Source: a virus (lineage: Duplodnaviria; Caudoviricetes). Taken from it: DNA of 36,485 bases. Positions 17,059-26,019 of the stretch are shown here, one piece after another. The DNA is taken from the IMG/VR virus record IMGVR_UViG_3300037782_000006, positions 1 through 36,485 of that record; one strand, written 5' to 3'. Made by a program: the position numbers and the translations under genes. Position 1 is the stretch's first letter. Every line of letters starts with the position of its first letter. The notes below the pieces were generated by a model. It was not told the origin of the DNA, made no database searches, and saw nothing but the letters and a program-made list of their open reading frames with translations.

Positions 17059-17439
17059 TTAACTTGCCCTCAAATAATAAGATTCTCCGTCTGGTTGAAA
17101 ATAAGCGCTCTCGCCGTCTGGTCGGTAAAAGTTGCTAATTAAATCTAAACGCAGGAACAGCTCTAAATCAGTTATTCCCGTTCCGTCGTCGCGTCTGTTC
17201 TTTACCTGGTAAGTTTCACCATCACAGACCAAAAGCGATCCTTCAACGACGCCCACAAGTTGAGCAGTTGGAGCTGTAAATACAGGCACATCCGCATCAA
17301 TTCCGATATCAAGCTCATTTACTTCTTTGTCTAAAATTCCGTTTACGTCGCCCAGGTCAGGACTGATAATGGACGCAGTTTTTCCAAAACTTCCAGTGTC
17401 GAAAAAGAATTCCAAATCACTTAACGTCTCGATCGCCAT
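17059..17439 (-). CDS. Head-tail joining protein (gpFII-like)
   Basis: DLEFFFDT..FG, VNGILD, G.TYQV....DDGTGIT.L.L. Confidence 0.75.
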   Translation of the reverse strand: MAIETLSDLEFFFDTGSFGKTASIISPDLGDVNGILDKEVNELDIGIDADVPVFTAPTAQLVGVVEGSLLVCDGETYQVKNRRDDGTGITDLELFLRLDLISNFYRPDGESAYFQPDGESYYLRAS

Positions 17440-17602
17440 TGTCTAACGCCTTTGCAATTTGAATTACTAAATAGACAGCCGTCAACAGAGCCACCGCTAA
17501 GCTCGCCCATTGATTGACCATTGCCAAATTCCAACTTGTCAACGCACCCAACATTCCAAGCCCTGTCTTTATGGTTGTTTCTATGAATAGATCCTCGTTC
17601 AT
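17417..17602 (-). CDS. Small membrane protein, holin-like (61 aa)
   Basis: Start trimmed to MNEDLF (ATGA overlap); hydrophobic WASLAVALLTAVYLVIQIA. Confidence 0.55.
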   Translation of the reverse strand: MNEDLFIETTIKTGLGMLGALTSWNLAMVNQWASLAVALLTAVYLVIQIAKALDNGDRDVK

Positions 17603-18075
17603 CGCTTTAATGTTGGGGTGAAATACGTTGCCAAAATCATGCTCATAAACGGAAGCATGGCCCAGACTATTGATCCCGTGCTCACAGACAGCCCTCCCAT
17701 ATCGCCCCGTCCTTGAAAATCGATGAGGCCCAGTATGGACATTGACCATCCGTCGCTTGTGTTTGGGATGCTGACGATGGTTGTTGGGAATAATGCCCAG
17801 ATGACGGCAATGGCGCAGAATGTCCAGCAGATCGAGAGTGCGAGCATCCGACGAGTCCAAGCACTAAACCCGCCGCCAGCATCGTCTTTAAGTATTTGCT
17901 CCCTTGCTTCATTCTGCTTTCCAAGTTCTGCTAACCGTATCTCAGCTTGTGCTGCTGCCTGTGCCTTCTTTGCATCCGCTCTGGCCTGAACCAGTGACAT
18001 AAGCACCGTGACCGCCGCACCCATTGCGCCGCCTCCCAGTGTCCCCGTAATGGTGGCTGCGAGCTCTGGCGTCAT
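17599..18075 (-). CDS. Membrane protein, possible holin
   Basis: Three hydrophobic segments; AWTRR before the second segment. Confidence 0.55.
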   Translation of the reverse strand: MTPELAATITGTLGGGAMGAAVTVLMSLVQARADAKKAQAAAQAEIRLAELGKQNEAREQILKDDAGGGFSAWTRRMLALSICWTFCAIAVIWALFPTTIVSIPNTSDGWSMSILGLIDFQGRGDMGGLSVSTGSIVWAMLPFMSMILATYFTPTLKR

Positions 18076-18080
18076 GGTAA

Positions 18081-18383
18081 TTACCTATGCCTTGATGCAA
18101 TGACCGTAATGGATTCGGAACCCTGCCCACCGCTGACAATCACTCGGATTGTGCCCGATGGCAAGTTGTCAAAGGTTGCAATCGGTGTGCTTACGCTGAT
18201 GCTCTTGCCCGTTGCAACTGGCGTCAGCGTTTGACCGCTTGGCGCATCAGGTGCAAACTGCAATGCAGCACTCGCGCTGTCCCACGTTCCCGATCCGTAA
18301 AGCACAAGGTTGCCACCATCCCAAGGCACGCCAGTGGTCGTCCCATTGGCTTGATCCTCGCAGACTAATACGTGCCTGGCCAT
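18081..18383 (-). CDS. Hypothetical virion-associated protein
   Basis: 100 aa beta-rich ORF in the head operon. Confidence 0.6.
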   Translation of the reverse strand: MARHVLVCEDQANGTTTGVPWDGGNLVLYGSGTWDSASAALQFAPDAPSGQTLTPVATGKSISVSTPIATFDNLPSGTIRVIVSGGQGSESITVIASRHR

Positions 18384-18385
18384 CG

Positions 18386-18604
18386 TTAGGCTCCTGTGTC
18401 CTCGTCAGCTAATCCAAGCGCAACCAAAGCCGCAACGATGCTGGCAATGTCTGCAGCTGCGTCCCCGCTCGTGTCGATTGTTGGCTTAACTACAGGTGCA
18501 GTACCGAAAAAGCCGAGCTTACCGCCCGATACGCCGACCTTAACTGGCTGGCTGCCTTGTCCGATCTGTACCCCTTCAACTGTCTTATCTAATCCTCTTG
18601 GCAT
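18386..18604 (-). CDS. Hypothetical, possible head decoration protein
   Basis: KLGFFGTAPVVKP...IVAALVALGL motif; near the capsid gene. Confidence 0.6.
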   Translation of the reverse strand: MPRGLDKTVEGVQIGQGSQPVKVGVSGGKLGFFGTAPVVKPTIDTSGDAAADIASIVAALVALGLADEDTGA

Positions 18605-18607
18605 CTT

Positions 18608-18925
18608 TTACCGTCTCCGTTTTGCCGCTTTTTTAGTCGGCTGTGATTGTGGTGGCTCTTCGCCTGTGTAGCTTTCGCTTTCGTCAATCTGCTCCTCAGC
18701 CAAAACCGTTTCCAGTTCGCTAAAGCTCTTGAGCAGTCGCTTTTTAAATTCCTTTTTCTTCACGTCTCCATAATCGGAAAAGTACCTCACCCACAAGTAA
18801 TCATGGTCAGCACTATTCGCGATAAGGGACTTGAATTTTTGCCGAACCTCGGGCGGACGCCCTTGATCCAGAATTACCGCTTCACCAGATTCTAATCCAG
18901 CAAGCAAAAATCCATGTGATCCCAT
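18608..18925 (-). CDS. Hypothetical protein
   Basis: 105 aa ORF after the capsid gene, with AGGAG RBS and basic C-terminal tail. Confidence 0.65.
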   Translation of the reverse strand: MGSHGFLLAGLESGEAVILDQGRPPEVRQKFKSLIANSADHDYLWVRYFSDYGDVKKKEFKKRLLKSFSELETVLAEEQIDESESYTGEEPPQSQPTKKAAKRRR

Positions 18926-18937
18926 GCCTAACTCCTA

Positions 18938-19843
18938 TTAGGCGCTAACAAGCCGCTTGATAGCAGCAACGTTGCCAGTGTTAAACCCGTACCAGCACTC
19001 GAGGATAGCCTTGCGAGCTCCAACGGCATCGTCGTAGAACTCACGATAACCAATTGTCAGGCCAGTTTCAGGGTGAGTGAATGAGCGGTAAATGCTTCCC
19101 GGACGTCCGCCGCCTGCTGGTGCGAGGTAACGGTTTACAATCGCCATTGCATTTGGACGAGCGGCAAAACCAACAAGGTTCTCACTGTTCGCAGGAATGG
19201 CAACGGTCTTGTGCATTGCAAAACCGGCAAGCTCAGGTACTTCGCCGCGTGCCAACAATGCAGATCCGTAAACGTCCGCACCCGTAACTGCATCCTTGAA
19301 CAGCGCATTGTAATATGCAGGCGTCAAGAGCAGGTTGCGGTTCATGTCTGGCCAGTTGGCCGAATCGCAGCTTGTTTGCAGGTCGATGACGTCGTCGTGG
19401 TCAAACGTGGAAGCAGCGCCAGTAAACGCAGCAGCTCCGTAGTTTGCATTGGTGACTTGGCTCAGAATGTCATTGGAAACTGCAATTGCCAAGTTTTGCC
19501 CCTTTTCCATGCCGACATTTTCAATCGACAAGAATCGGCTGCTGTCAGCGTCGTTGTCTGTGAGAAACCAAGAAATATATTTGTGCCTCGACAATGAAAC
19601 AGTCGTCTCATCTAGCGTTGTATCTTGGATGGCATAGGCGTTACCTGCAGTTTTATCAGCAGAGCCAGTGTCGTCGTCTGGATCGGTCGTAAGCGGTACG
19701 ACGATTGATTGATTGCGGTTGCCCAGCTCGCCAGAGAAGTCTGTCGAAAATGCGGACAACGGTTTGAGGACCTTCTGGAAAACGCGGATTGCGCTTTCTC
19801 CAATAACGGTCCCGTAAAGGTCTGAGAATCCAGTATTAGCCAT
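18938..19843 (-). CDS. Major capsid protein (HK97 fold)
   Basis: PLSAFSTDFS, SIVVP, RNLLLTPAYYNAL, GEVPELAGF, ECWYG; AGGAGA RBS; directly after the protease/scaffold. Confidence 0.85.
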   Translation of the reverse strand: MANTGFSDLYGTVIGESAIRVFQKVLKPLSAFSTDFSGELGNRNQSIVVPLTTDPDDDTGSADKTAGNAYAIQDTTLDETTVSLSRHKYISWFLTDNDADSSRFLSIENVGMEKGQNLAIAVSNDILSQVTNANYGAAAFTGAASTFDHDDVIDLQTSCDSANWPDMNRNLLLTPAYYNALFKDAVTGADVYGSALLARGEVPELAGFAMHKTVAIPANSENLVGFAARPNAMAIVNRYLAPAGGGRPGSIYRSFTHPETGLTIGYREFYDDAVGARKAILECWYGFNTGNVAAIKRLVSA

Positions 19844-19856
19844 TGTTCAAGTCTCC

Positions 19857-21074
19857 TTATTTAAGAAAGTTTTTGTTGTACTTCCCGTAGTAGTCAGACT
19901 TGGCCCGACCTTCGAGAGAAGCGTAAGTAGCGAGAAACTCATCGCGGCTGGATGGCTCGCGGTTAGCATCGATGTCAACGTCAAGGGTGTCAGCTTCCTG
20001 CGCTTCTTCCCATGTTGCGTATGCAGTCAGCAGTTGATCCTTGAACTGCTCAACGGTTGATTCATTGGCGATTGCTTCAACGGCCAAGTCGATTTGACCA
20101 TGAGCGTTACCGAGCGCGATAATAGCAGCAGCATCCTTGCGGACGTTTTCAACGGCCTTAACGCGTTCTTTTTCAGCAGCATTTAACTGCGCCTTGAGGT
20201 CATTGACCTCCTTTTTGGAGCTTTCGATGCTGGCTTTCGCGTCATTCAGCTTGGCCTGCATATCAAGCAGCTTGTCATTTGATTCCATGACTGATTTCTC
20301 CCTTTGTTGGTTTGATTGTGCAGGCTTCGACCTCAGTGCCGTTGCCTCAAAAATTCGTGCAGCGATCCGACCACGGAAGTCGCTTGCTTTTGCCTTTGGC
20401 TTTTCAGCCTTAAATATCCCGTCTGCAAATCCGTACTCCATTGACTCCTCGGCAGATAGCCAAGTCTCGTCAGCCATCATTTCGCGGACTTGCTCAATGG
20501 TCAGGTTGGTGTTCTGAACGTAGATTTCCTCAAGTATCGATTGAAATTTGCGCATATCGGATGCGGTCTTTTCCAAGTAATCCGCGTCGCCGCCTGCAAC
20601 CGTCCACGGATTGTGGATCATAAAAAAACCGTTGTCAGCAATGATAACGTCGTCACCTGCAAGCGCAATGACGCTGGCCATAGATGCGGCCAAGGTGTTG
20701 ACCTCAACCTTTACGTTGCCCTTGTGCTGTTTGAGCGCATTATAGATTGCCAAGCCTTCAAGGACATCGCCGCCGGGTGAGTTGATTGTAAGATTGATGT
20801 CGCCCAGTCCTTTGATTGATTTGGCAAATTCCTTAGAGCTGACCCCGAATCCACCGATCTCGTCGTAAATGGCAATCGTTGCAACTCCATCCGCAGCCTT
20901 GGAAACTGCATACCATCTAGCATTTCCTTGGCTTTCGCGCTCATCCCATTGCCGCTGACACACTGCAAACCTCTGCCCTGTTTCGGGAAAGTCGGTGACG
21001 GCAGTTTCGTCGGCCATGCAGCGGTCGACAAACTCCTGTCGAGTTTCAGATGTGGTTGGCGTCGGTAGTGGCAT
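19857..21074 (-). CDS. ClpP-type (S14) prohead protease with C-terminal scaffold
   Basis: IYDEIG, INSPGGDV.EG.AIYN, LAASMASVIA, FMIHNPW, ETWLSAEE..EYGFAD; coiled-coil C-terminus; start trimmed to MPLP. Confidence 0.92.
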   Translation of the reverse strand: MPLPTPTTSETRQEFVDRCMADETAVTDFPETGQRFAVCQRQWDERESQGNARWYAVSKAADGVATIAIYDEIGGFGVSSKEFAKSIKGLGDINLTINSPGGDVLEGLAIYNALKQHKGNVKVEVNTLAASMASVIALAGDDVIIADNGFFMIHNPWTVAGGDADYLEKTASDMRKFQSILEEIYVQNTNLTIEQVREMMADETWLSAEESMEYGFADGIFKAEKPKAKASDFRGRIAARIFEATALRSKPAQSNQQREKSVMESNDKLLDMQAKLNDAKASIESSKKEVNDLKAQLNAAEKERVKAVENVRKDAAAIIALGNAHGQIDLAVEAIANESTVEQFKDQLLTAYATWEEAQEADTLDVDIDANREPSSRDEFLATYASLEGRAKSDYYGKYNKNFLK

Positions 21075-21081
21075 TACTCGC

Positions 21082-21148
21082 CTTATATTGGCGAAATATA
21101 CCAAATGTCAACCTTTTAGGTTTTCATGCTGTTCACCTTTTAGGTTTT
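21082..21148 (-). promoter_or_regulatory. Sigma70-like promoter with two upstream 14-bp direct repeats
   Basis: TTGACA (21111..21106)-N18-TATAAG (21087..21082); ACCTTTTAGGTTTT at 21111 and 21135 on the + strand. Confidence 0.65.
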
Positions 21149-22676
21149 ACTGCTGCCCTGGTTCGGATAGGTACCGCTCACGCAATGCACGGTCGCGCTC
21201 AATCGTTTTCAGTATTTCCTCGTAATCATATCCACGTTCCTCCGCGACGATGCTTGGACTGGTAAGGTTATATTGCAGTTCAAGCTCAACAGCCTTCATT
21301 TCCTTTTCTGGATCAATCCAGCGCCATCCACGAGGTTGCCATTTCCGCATCCCTAATCTTGGAAGATCCTCGGTGCGATAGCGGCCAAACTCAGGACGCA
21401 ACAGCGCAATGGTCAACCATGCGTCAAAAATTGGGTCAATTACCAACTCAATCAAATCGTATTGCTGATCTCTCCATGCGTCCACGTCGTCCAGCTTGGC
21501 CTCGCGTGCAGTTGAATAGTTGACCTCGCTCAAGTCGTTGCTGAGCTTGAAATAGCTGATATTCAGCCCTGCACTGATCGAACGCAGGATGCTTGTCGTG
21601 TATTCCTCGTATCGTGCAGGTGGGTAGCCGGGATCAAATGGCGTGAACCTTTTTGTTCCGATGTCCTCAAACTGGCCTGCTGCGATGTCGATTAAATTTT
21701 CGCTGTAACTTTCGCCCGTTTCTGGATCGCTAAAGTTTTCCTCCGCGCCGCCTTGATATGGCATTGCATTGTTGTCCTCTAGGTCATCGTAGAAAAAGCC
21801 CATCTTAGAGCTGGCAATGCGTGCGCCTGTCAAAGTCGCTTCCTCGTACTGGTCTAGCATATGCAGGCGCTCCATCGGGCTGGCGATCAGCGTCACCCCT
21901 CGGCACTGGTTTGGCCGCTCTGGGACATAATAGTGCAGCATCCGATCCGCTTCCACTCGCCGATATGTGCTTGGACCCGTCAGCATTGAGAACGCTTTTG
22001 GCACCGTATATTCGCCGTTTTTGTCGGCAACGTAGTACGCAATCGGCAATCCGCTAGCATCGTATTCAATGCCCATCTTAATCCGCTTCTTTTCGTCATT
22101 GAATCCGACGGGCACCATCATCGGGTCAATCAAGCGCACTGAGAATCTGCTGTCGTTCCCGTAACCTGGAAGCAATTCGATAAATGCCTCACCGTCAACC
22201 ATGCGACGACGGACCAGTAATTTAAGCAAATTGCGCCAGCCGCCATACTTAAGGCGTAAGTCTTTACTCTTTCCGAATCGTTTCCATTCGGCCTCAATCA
22301 GGTTGCTCGCGATGTCATCTGGTCGTTGGCCTGTAAGCGTTGCCCGTGCGAGACTAGTAAGCTTGATCCCTTGCGGACCGATGACATTCTGGGTCGTCAA
22401 ATGGATTGCCCGACGCACTATGTCATTGTTACGCTCCAAATGCCGCGCCCGTGCCCGTAACCGTTCAGCAGCCGAATTGACGACCTGCATCGCGGTGTAG
22501 TCCGTTGTCGGCAAATCTTGAAGTATCCTGTCCTCGCGATTGGATTCGTATGCGTCCGTCAACCGTGCCGATGGAAGCGCGTGACCGTATCCGTCAGTCT
22601 TTCGGATCTGGTTTTTCTTTACGCGCAACTTAGTCTGAACGCGCTTTTTTGCTTGTGGTTTCGGTTCGGTTTCCAT
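21147..22676 (-). CDS. Portal protein, lambda family
   Basis: LRARARHLERNN, NVIGPQGI, DGEAF, ERPNQCRGV, DLSEVNYSTAR, WIDPEKE. Confidence 0.95.
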   Translation of the reverse strand: METEPKPQAKKRVQTKLRVKKNQIRKTDGYGHALPSARLTDAYESNREDRILQDLPTTDYTAMQVVNSAAERLRARARHLERNNDIVRRAIHLTTQNVIGPQGIKLTSLARATLTGQRPDDIASNLIEAEWKRFGKSKDLRLKYGGWRNLLKLLVRRRMVDGEAFIELLPGYGNDSRFSVRLIDPMMVPVGFNDEKKRIKMGIEYDASGLPIAYYVADKNGEYTVPKAFSMLTGPSTYRRVEADRMLHYYVPERPNQCRGVTLIASPMERLHMLDQYEEATLTGARIASSKMGFFYDDLEDNNAMPYQGGAEENFSDPETGESYSENLIDIAAGQFEDIGTKRFTPFDPGYPPARYEEYTTSILRSISAGLNISYFKLSNDLSEVNYSTAREAKLDDVDAWRDQQYDLIELVIDPIFDAWLTIALLRPEFGRYRTEDLPRLGMRKWQPRGWRWIDPEKEMKAVELELQYNLTSPSIVAEERGYDYEEILKTIERDRALRERYLSEPGQQ

Positions 22677-23209
22677 TATCTAAATCTCGCGTATGTGATT
22701 CTGTTGCTGGTCTTGCCCTTGCGACGACGCTCAGCATCTTCTAAGCTATTTACGCGCTTTCGCCAGTAGGTGACAATCTTCATCAGGTCCTCGACACTTG
22801 CGCGGGTAAGGCTCCTGTCTTTTATTGCATAGCTGGACGCTTTGCCGCTGACTCTTGCCTGTAATTCCGTTTCTGCGTCGTCTAAGTAGCTTCTGGCGTC
22901 AAGTAAATCGTTGCCCGTTGCGTTCTCGGCCAGAATCTCAATCGTGCCTGTGTCAACTTCGTATGTGTCGGTTCCGTCGCTGACCTTCAAGTACCATGCG
23001 TACGTACCAGCCGCCCACGTGATCGTTGTGCTTGGCTTCACGTCAACGGTAAAATCATTACCGCTGCCTGTGGTCGAAATGGTGATTGTTGATAATCCAG
23101 CAGCGTTGAGCACGTAGCTTGCGCTCCAGCTGTCATCGGCTGAGTAATCATCAATGCTGCGTACCCAATATGCAGTGGTGTTGATACGTAAATTTGTTGG
23201 CTCGGTCAT
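22676..23209 (-). CDS. Head completion/adaptor protein (gpW-like C-terminus with N-terminal beta-domain)
   Basis: SYAIKDRSLTR...DL, C-terminal YARF; between terminase and portal. Confidence 0.7.
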   Translation of the reverse strand: MTEPTNLRINTTAYWVRSIDDYSADDSWSASYVLNAAGLSTITISTTGSGNDFTVDVKPSTTITWAAGTYAWYLKVSDGTDTYEVDTGTIEILAENATGNDLLDARSYLDDAETELQARVSGKASSYAIKDRSLTRASVEDLMKIVTYWRKRVNSLEDAERRRKGKTSNRITYARFR

Positions 23210-23226
23210 TGAATGACCCTATGGGC

Positions 23227-25074
23227 TCAGCGTCGCCTTTTGTCAAACCCCTTTGCTCGGATTCTTAAACGGTTTGCCGATTTTGGCGTATTATTTGCCG
23301 TTTTTGGCGCATTTTCGGCATTTTCTTGCCGTTTTTCCGCAATTACTTCCCAGTCAGGGTTTAATATCCTCATCGCAGCATAGGCATAAGTGCGACAATC
23401 GAGCGGTTCGTTTCGATCATATCGTTTGTGCCATTCCAATCTCGGAAAGCCCTTCGTGCGAATAGTCACCAGTTTCTCGGCAGTTAATCCTTTATAGTAC
23501 GAATCTGGCCTGCCTTCTGGAAAGTGCATATACCCGGGTCCGTCTTCCTGCTTATTTAAGTAATCATAAACGATTCGCTTAATTCTGCTGACCCCAATCA
23601 TCCACGGACGAGTCTGGCCTGCCTTTGGTGCCCGCGTCGGTTGCTGGAATATCGGCGCATCAAACTTATTGGCCCCCTTAATCGGTATCCATCCAATCCG
23701 TCCACGGTTGCGTTTCATGCAGGCAAAGTAAACTTCCTCAGCAGTAAATCCGTCCCCGCTGTCAACGCAGACCGTGACAACTGGCAAGCTCACCTTGTCA
23801 TTTATCGTATACCGCTTGCCTAGATACTGGTCCAGCCGTTCCCAGACGTCAGCCTGCTTCGGGTCGCCTTTCATTGTCTTATAATCCAGCGACCAGCTTT
23901 CTTCGCCTAGTCCCCATCCGACCACTTCAATTTCAATCCGATCCCGCTGCACGTCAACGCCAGCGGTGACAACGAGCACGTCGTTTGGTATGCGCTCGGT
24001 CCAGTTCACAAGTTCCTCCGCTCGGCTTGCAATGATGGTTGCGTCAAACGCTTGTCCGATTTCCTCATAGGTCTGCCCTAGGCTCGTGTTTTTCCATGTC
24101 TTGATTGCCTCGCCGCCCTGCTTCTTGGCAACGATGAAGTCAGCAACAACCTTTGCCCATGTGCTCCACGGACTGTAAAGCTCGTTTATGTGGTAGCTTC
24201 TAACGCCCGCCGCTCCGTCATTCGTCGCCAGCCATTTACCCTTGGCCAGCATCTTTGGCTTGTGACTGTCTTTGATGTGCTCACCGCATTGACAGACGAT
24301 GACGGGCTCATCCTTTGTACCAGACTCGGAGTAATCGAGTCGTTCCCATTCAAGGAGTTGCTCATGTCCGCAATGCGGGCACGGGACAAAATAATAACGA
24401 TGGTCCCCGTTTTCAAAGCCCGCCTCGATCCGAGATGCGCCCTTGATTGTCGGCGTACTACACGCAAAAAAGACCCGATTCCAGTATGTCGTTGATCGCT
24501 TTTGCGCCAGTGCAACAGGATCGCCCTCGGCTCCAGCACTGGCTGGGTATCGGTCCACCTCATCGCAAAGAATGATCCGCTTCGGTCGGCTGGCCAGACC
24601 CGCTGGACTGTTCGCGCCTGCAATGTCAAGCGTTCCGCCTGCAAAGTTCTTGTGCATGATGGTATTGCCCGAATCCCGTGACTTATTCTCCGTTACCTTG
24701 GCCTGCAATGCTGGACTGTCCCGCAACATTGGTTGAAAGCGATCTTTGGACCAGCTCTGTCCCATCTCCACCGTCGGTTGCAGTACGAGTATCGGCCCGG
24801 GGTCCACGTCGATAAAATACCCGCAAAGGTTATTGAGTGCCTCCGTTGCCCCAACCTGTGCGCTTTTCATCCACCAGACCTCTTTGACTTCTGGGTCCAG
24901 AACCGCGTCCATCACCTCGCGCAAATACGGAGCCCGCGCTGTCCGCCATCGTCCTGGCTCTGCGCTTGAGCTTGGAAGCATCCGATAACGGTCAGCCCAT
25001 TCAGAAACCGTACCCGACCACTTAGGCGCCCAGTTCGGGATGACTTCAGTCAGTATCTCGTTTGATGTTCTCAT
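23227..25074 (-). CDS. Terminase large subunit, lambda GpA family
   Basis: KSAQVGATE (Walker A), ILCDEVDRY (Walker B), STPT, CPHCG, AGVDVQ, RNEPLDC. Confidence 0.97.
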   Translation of the reverse strand: MRTSNEILTEVIPNWAPKWSGTVSEWADRYRMLPSSSAEPGRWRTARAPYLREVMDAVLDPEVKEVWWMKSAQVGATEALNNLCGYFIDVDPGPILVLQPTVEMGQSWSKDRFQPMLRDSPALQAKVTENKSRDSGNTIMHKNFAGGTLDIAGANSPAGLASRPKRIILCDEVDRYPASAGAEGDPVALAQKRSTTYWNRVFFACSTPTIKGASRIEAGFENGDHRYYFVPCPHCGHEQLLEWERLDYSESGTKDEPVIVCQCGEHIKDSHKPKMLAKGKWLATNDGAAGVRSYHINELYSPWSTWAKVVADFIVAKKQGGEAIKTWKNTSLGQTYEEIGQAFDATIIASRAEELVNWTERIPNDVLVVTAGVDVQRDRIEIEVVGWGLGEESWSLDYKTMKGDPKQADVWERLDQYLGKRYTINDKVSLPVVTVCVDSGDGFTAEEVYFACMKRNRGRIGWIPIKGANKFDAPIFQQPTRAPKAGQTRPWMIGVSRIKRIVYDYLNKQEDGPGYMHFPEGRPDSYYKGLTAEKLVTIRTKGFPRLEWHKRYDRNEPLDCRTYAYAAMRILNPDWEVIAEKRQENAENAPKTANNTPKSANRLRIRAKGFDKRRR

Positions 25075-25540
25075 CTTTGGACAATTCGCCGAGGCAGTCG
25101 TTTATCTCCTCGTCAATCAGCGCCTTGACTGCTTTCGGACTTTCCTCTGCAACCAATAACGGCGCCAGCTTCGTGCTGATTCCTAAAAGCCTAGCCTTGC
25201 AGCGCAGGATAAAGCTGGACCATGTCTGCTTGACGTCCTCGGCCTCGACCAGTTCGCCGCGCCTGACCTTCAGATCCAATTCGTAACGGTCTGCAATGGC
25301 AGCGTCTTTGCGTGCCTTTTCGTGGTCGCTGTCGTAAACCTTGGACCCGTCCAGCCCCGTGATTGACCTACGCTCAAACTCAACGTAGGCGTCAACCACC
25401 TCACGCCAACTGTACTTGGCTCCGTGCTCGGTTTTGTTTATCAGCGCCAGCCGCTTACGTACGGTTTCGCGGTTGTATCCGAGTACCTCCGCCAGTTTAG
25501 TTGCAGTCAATCCAAAGTCAGCCATTTTTACGGTCCTCAA
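25046..25540 (-). CDS. Terminase small subunit (Nu1-like)
   Basis: N-terminal HTH (TATKLAEVLGYNRETVR), EKAR...ELDLKVRRGELV; start may be 25525. Confidence 0.85.
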   Translation of the reverse strand: MRTVKMADFGLTATKLAEVLGYNRETVRKRLALINKTEHGAKYSWREVVDAYVEFERRSITGLDGSKVYDSDHEKARKDAAIADRYELDLKVRRGELVEAEDVKQTWSSFILRCKARLLGISTKLAPLLVAEESPKAVKALIDEEINDCLGELSKDENIKRDTD

Positions 25541-25829
25541 TCATTGCCAAGCCCAGCGTGCAATACCCGATCAGGTCGCGGAGCGCATCGTCAACGCCCT
25601 CGCTCTTTACCTGCAACTTCCCATGTTTGGAAAACGCTTTGAGCCGCTGCATTTTGTCACCCATGCGGATAAATAAGCCGATCAACGGATCAACTCCAAA
25701 TTCAGCCGATTGCTTGAAGTTCGCAAACGGATCTGATTCCTCAGCGTAGTCTGCATTTTTGGCTGCGAGCAGTGCGCGGATGTCGGTATAAAGCTCATCT
25801 GTAAAGCGTTCGTATTCAGTGCGTGTCAT
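25518..25829 (-). CDS. DUF1599 / nucleotide-modification-associated-like protein
   Basis: LLAAKNADYA..DPFANF, RMGDKMQRL, E.VDDAL.DLIGY. Confidence 0.75.
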   Translation of the reverse strand: MTRTEYERFTDELYTDIRALLAAKNADYAEESDPFANFKQSAEFGVDPLIGLFIRMGDKMQRLKAFSKHGKLQVKSEGVDDALRDLIGYCTLGLAMIEDRKNG

Positions 25830-26019
25830 GGTTTGGTTTTATCTTTGGTTCTCGACCCAACATAGTAGCTGGCCATGCGGCCCCCAGTAACTAGCGTTTT
25901 TTTGCGACCGAGGGGCGGACCCCCGCCGTTTCGCCACGGAGGACCCGCCGCCGCTGTGTGGCTGGCGTTGACCGCGTCAGGGTGCGCGCCTGTGGACGGC
26001 GTCAGTGGGGTGCCCGCGC

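Noticed and set aside
24824-24833. Self-target half matches (CAAAGGTTAT here, TTGCCCTCA near 17064, GCTTTGCGA near 27921)
   Set aside because: The partner half-site does not match, and 8-10-nt matches are expected by chance across this many spacers
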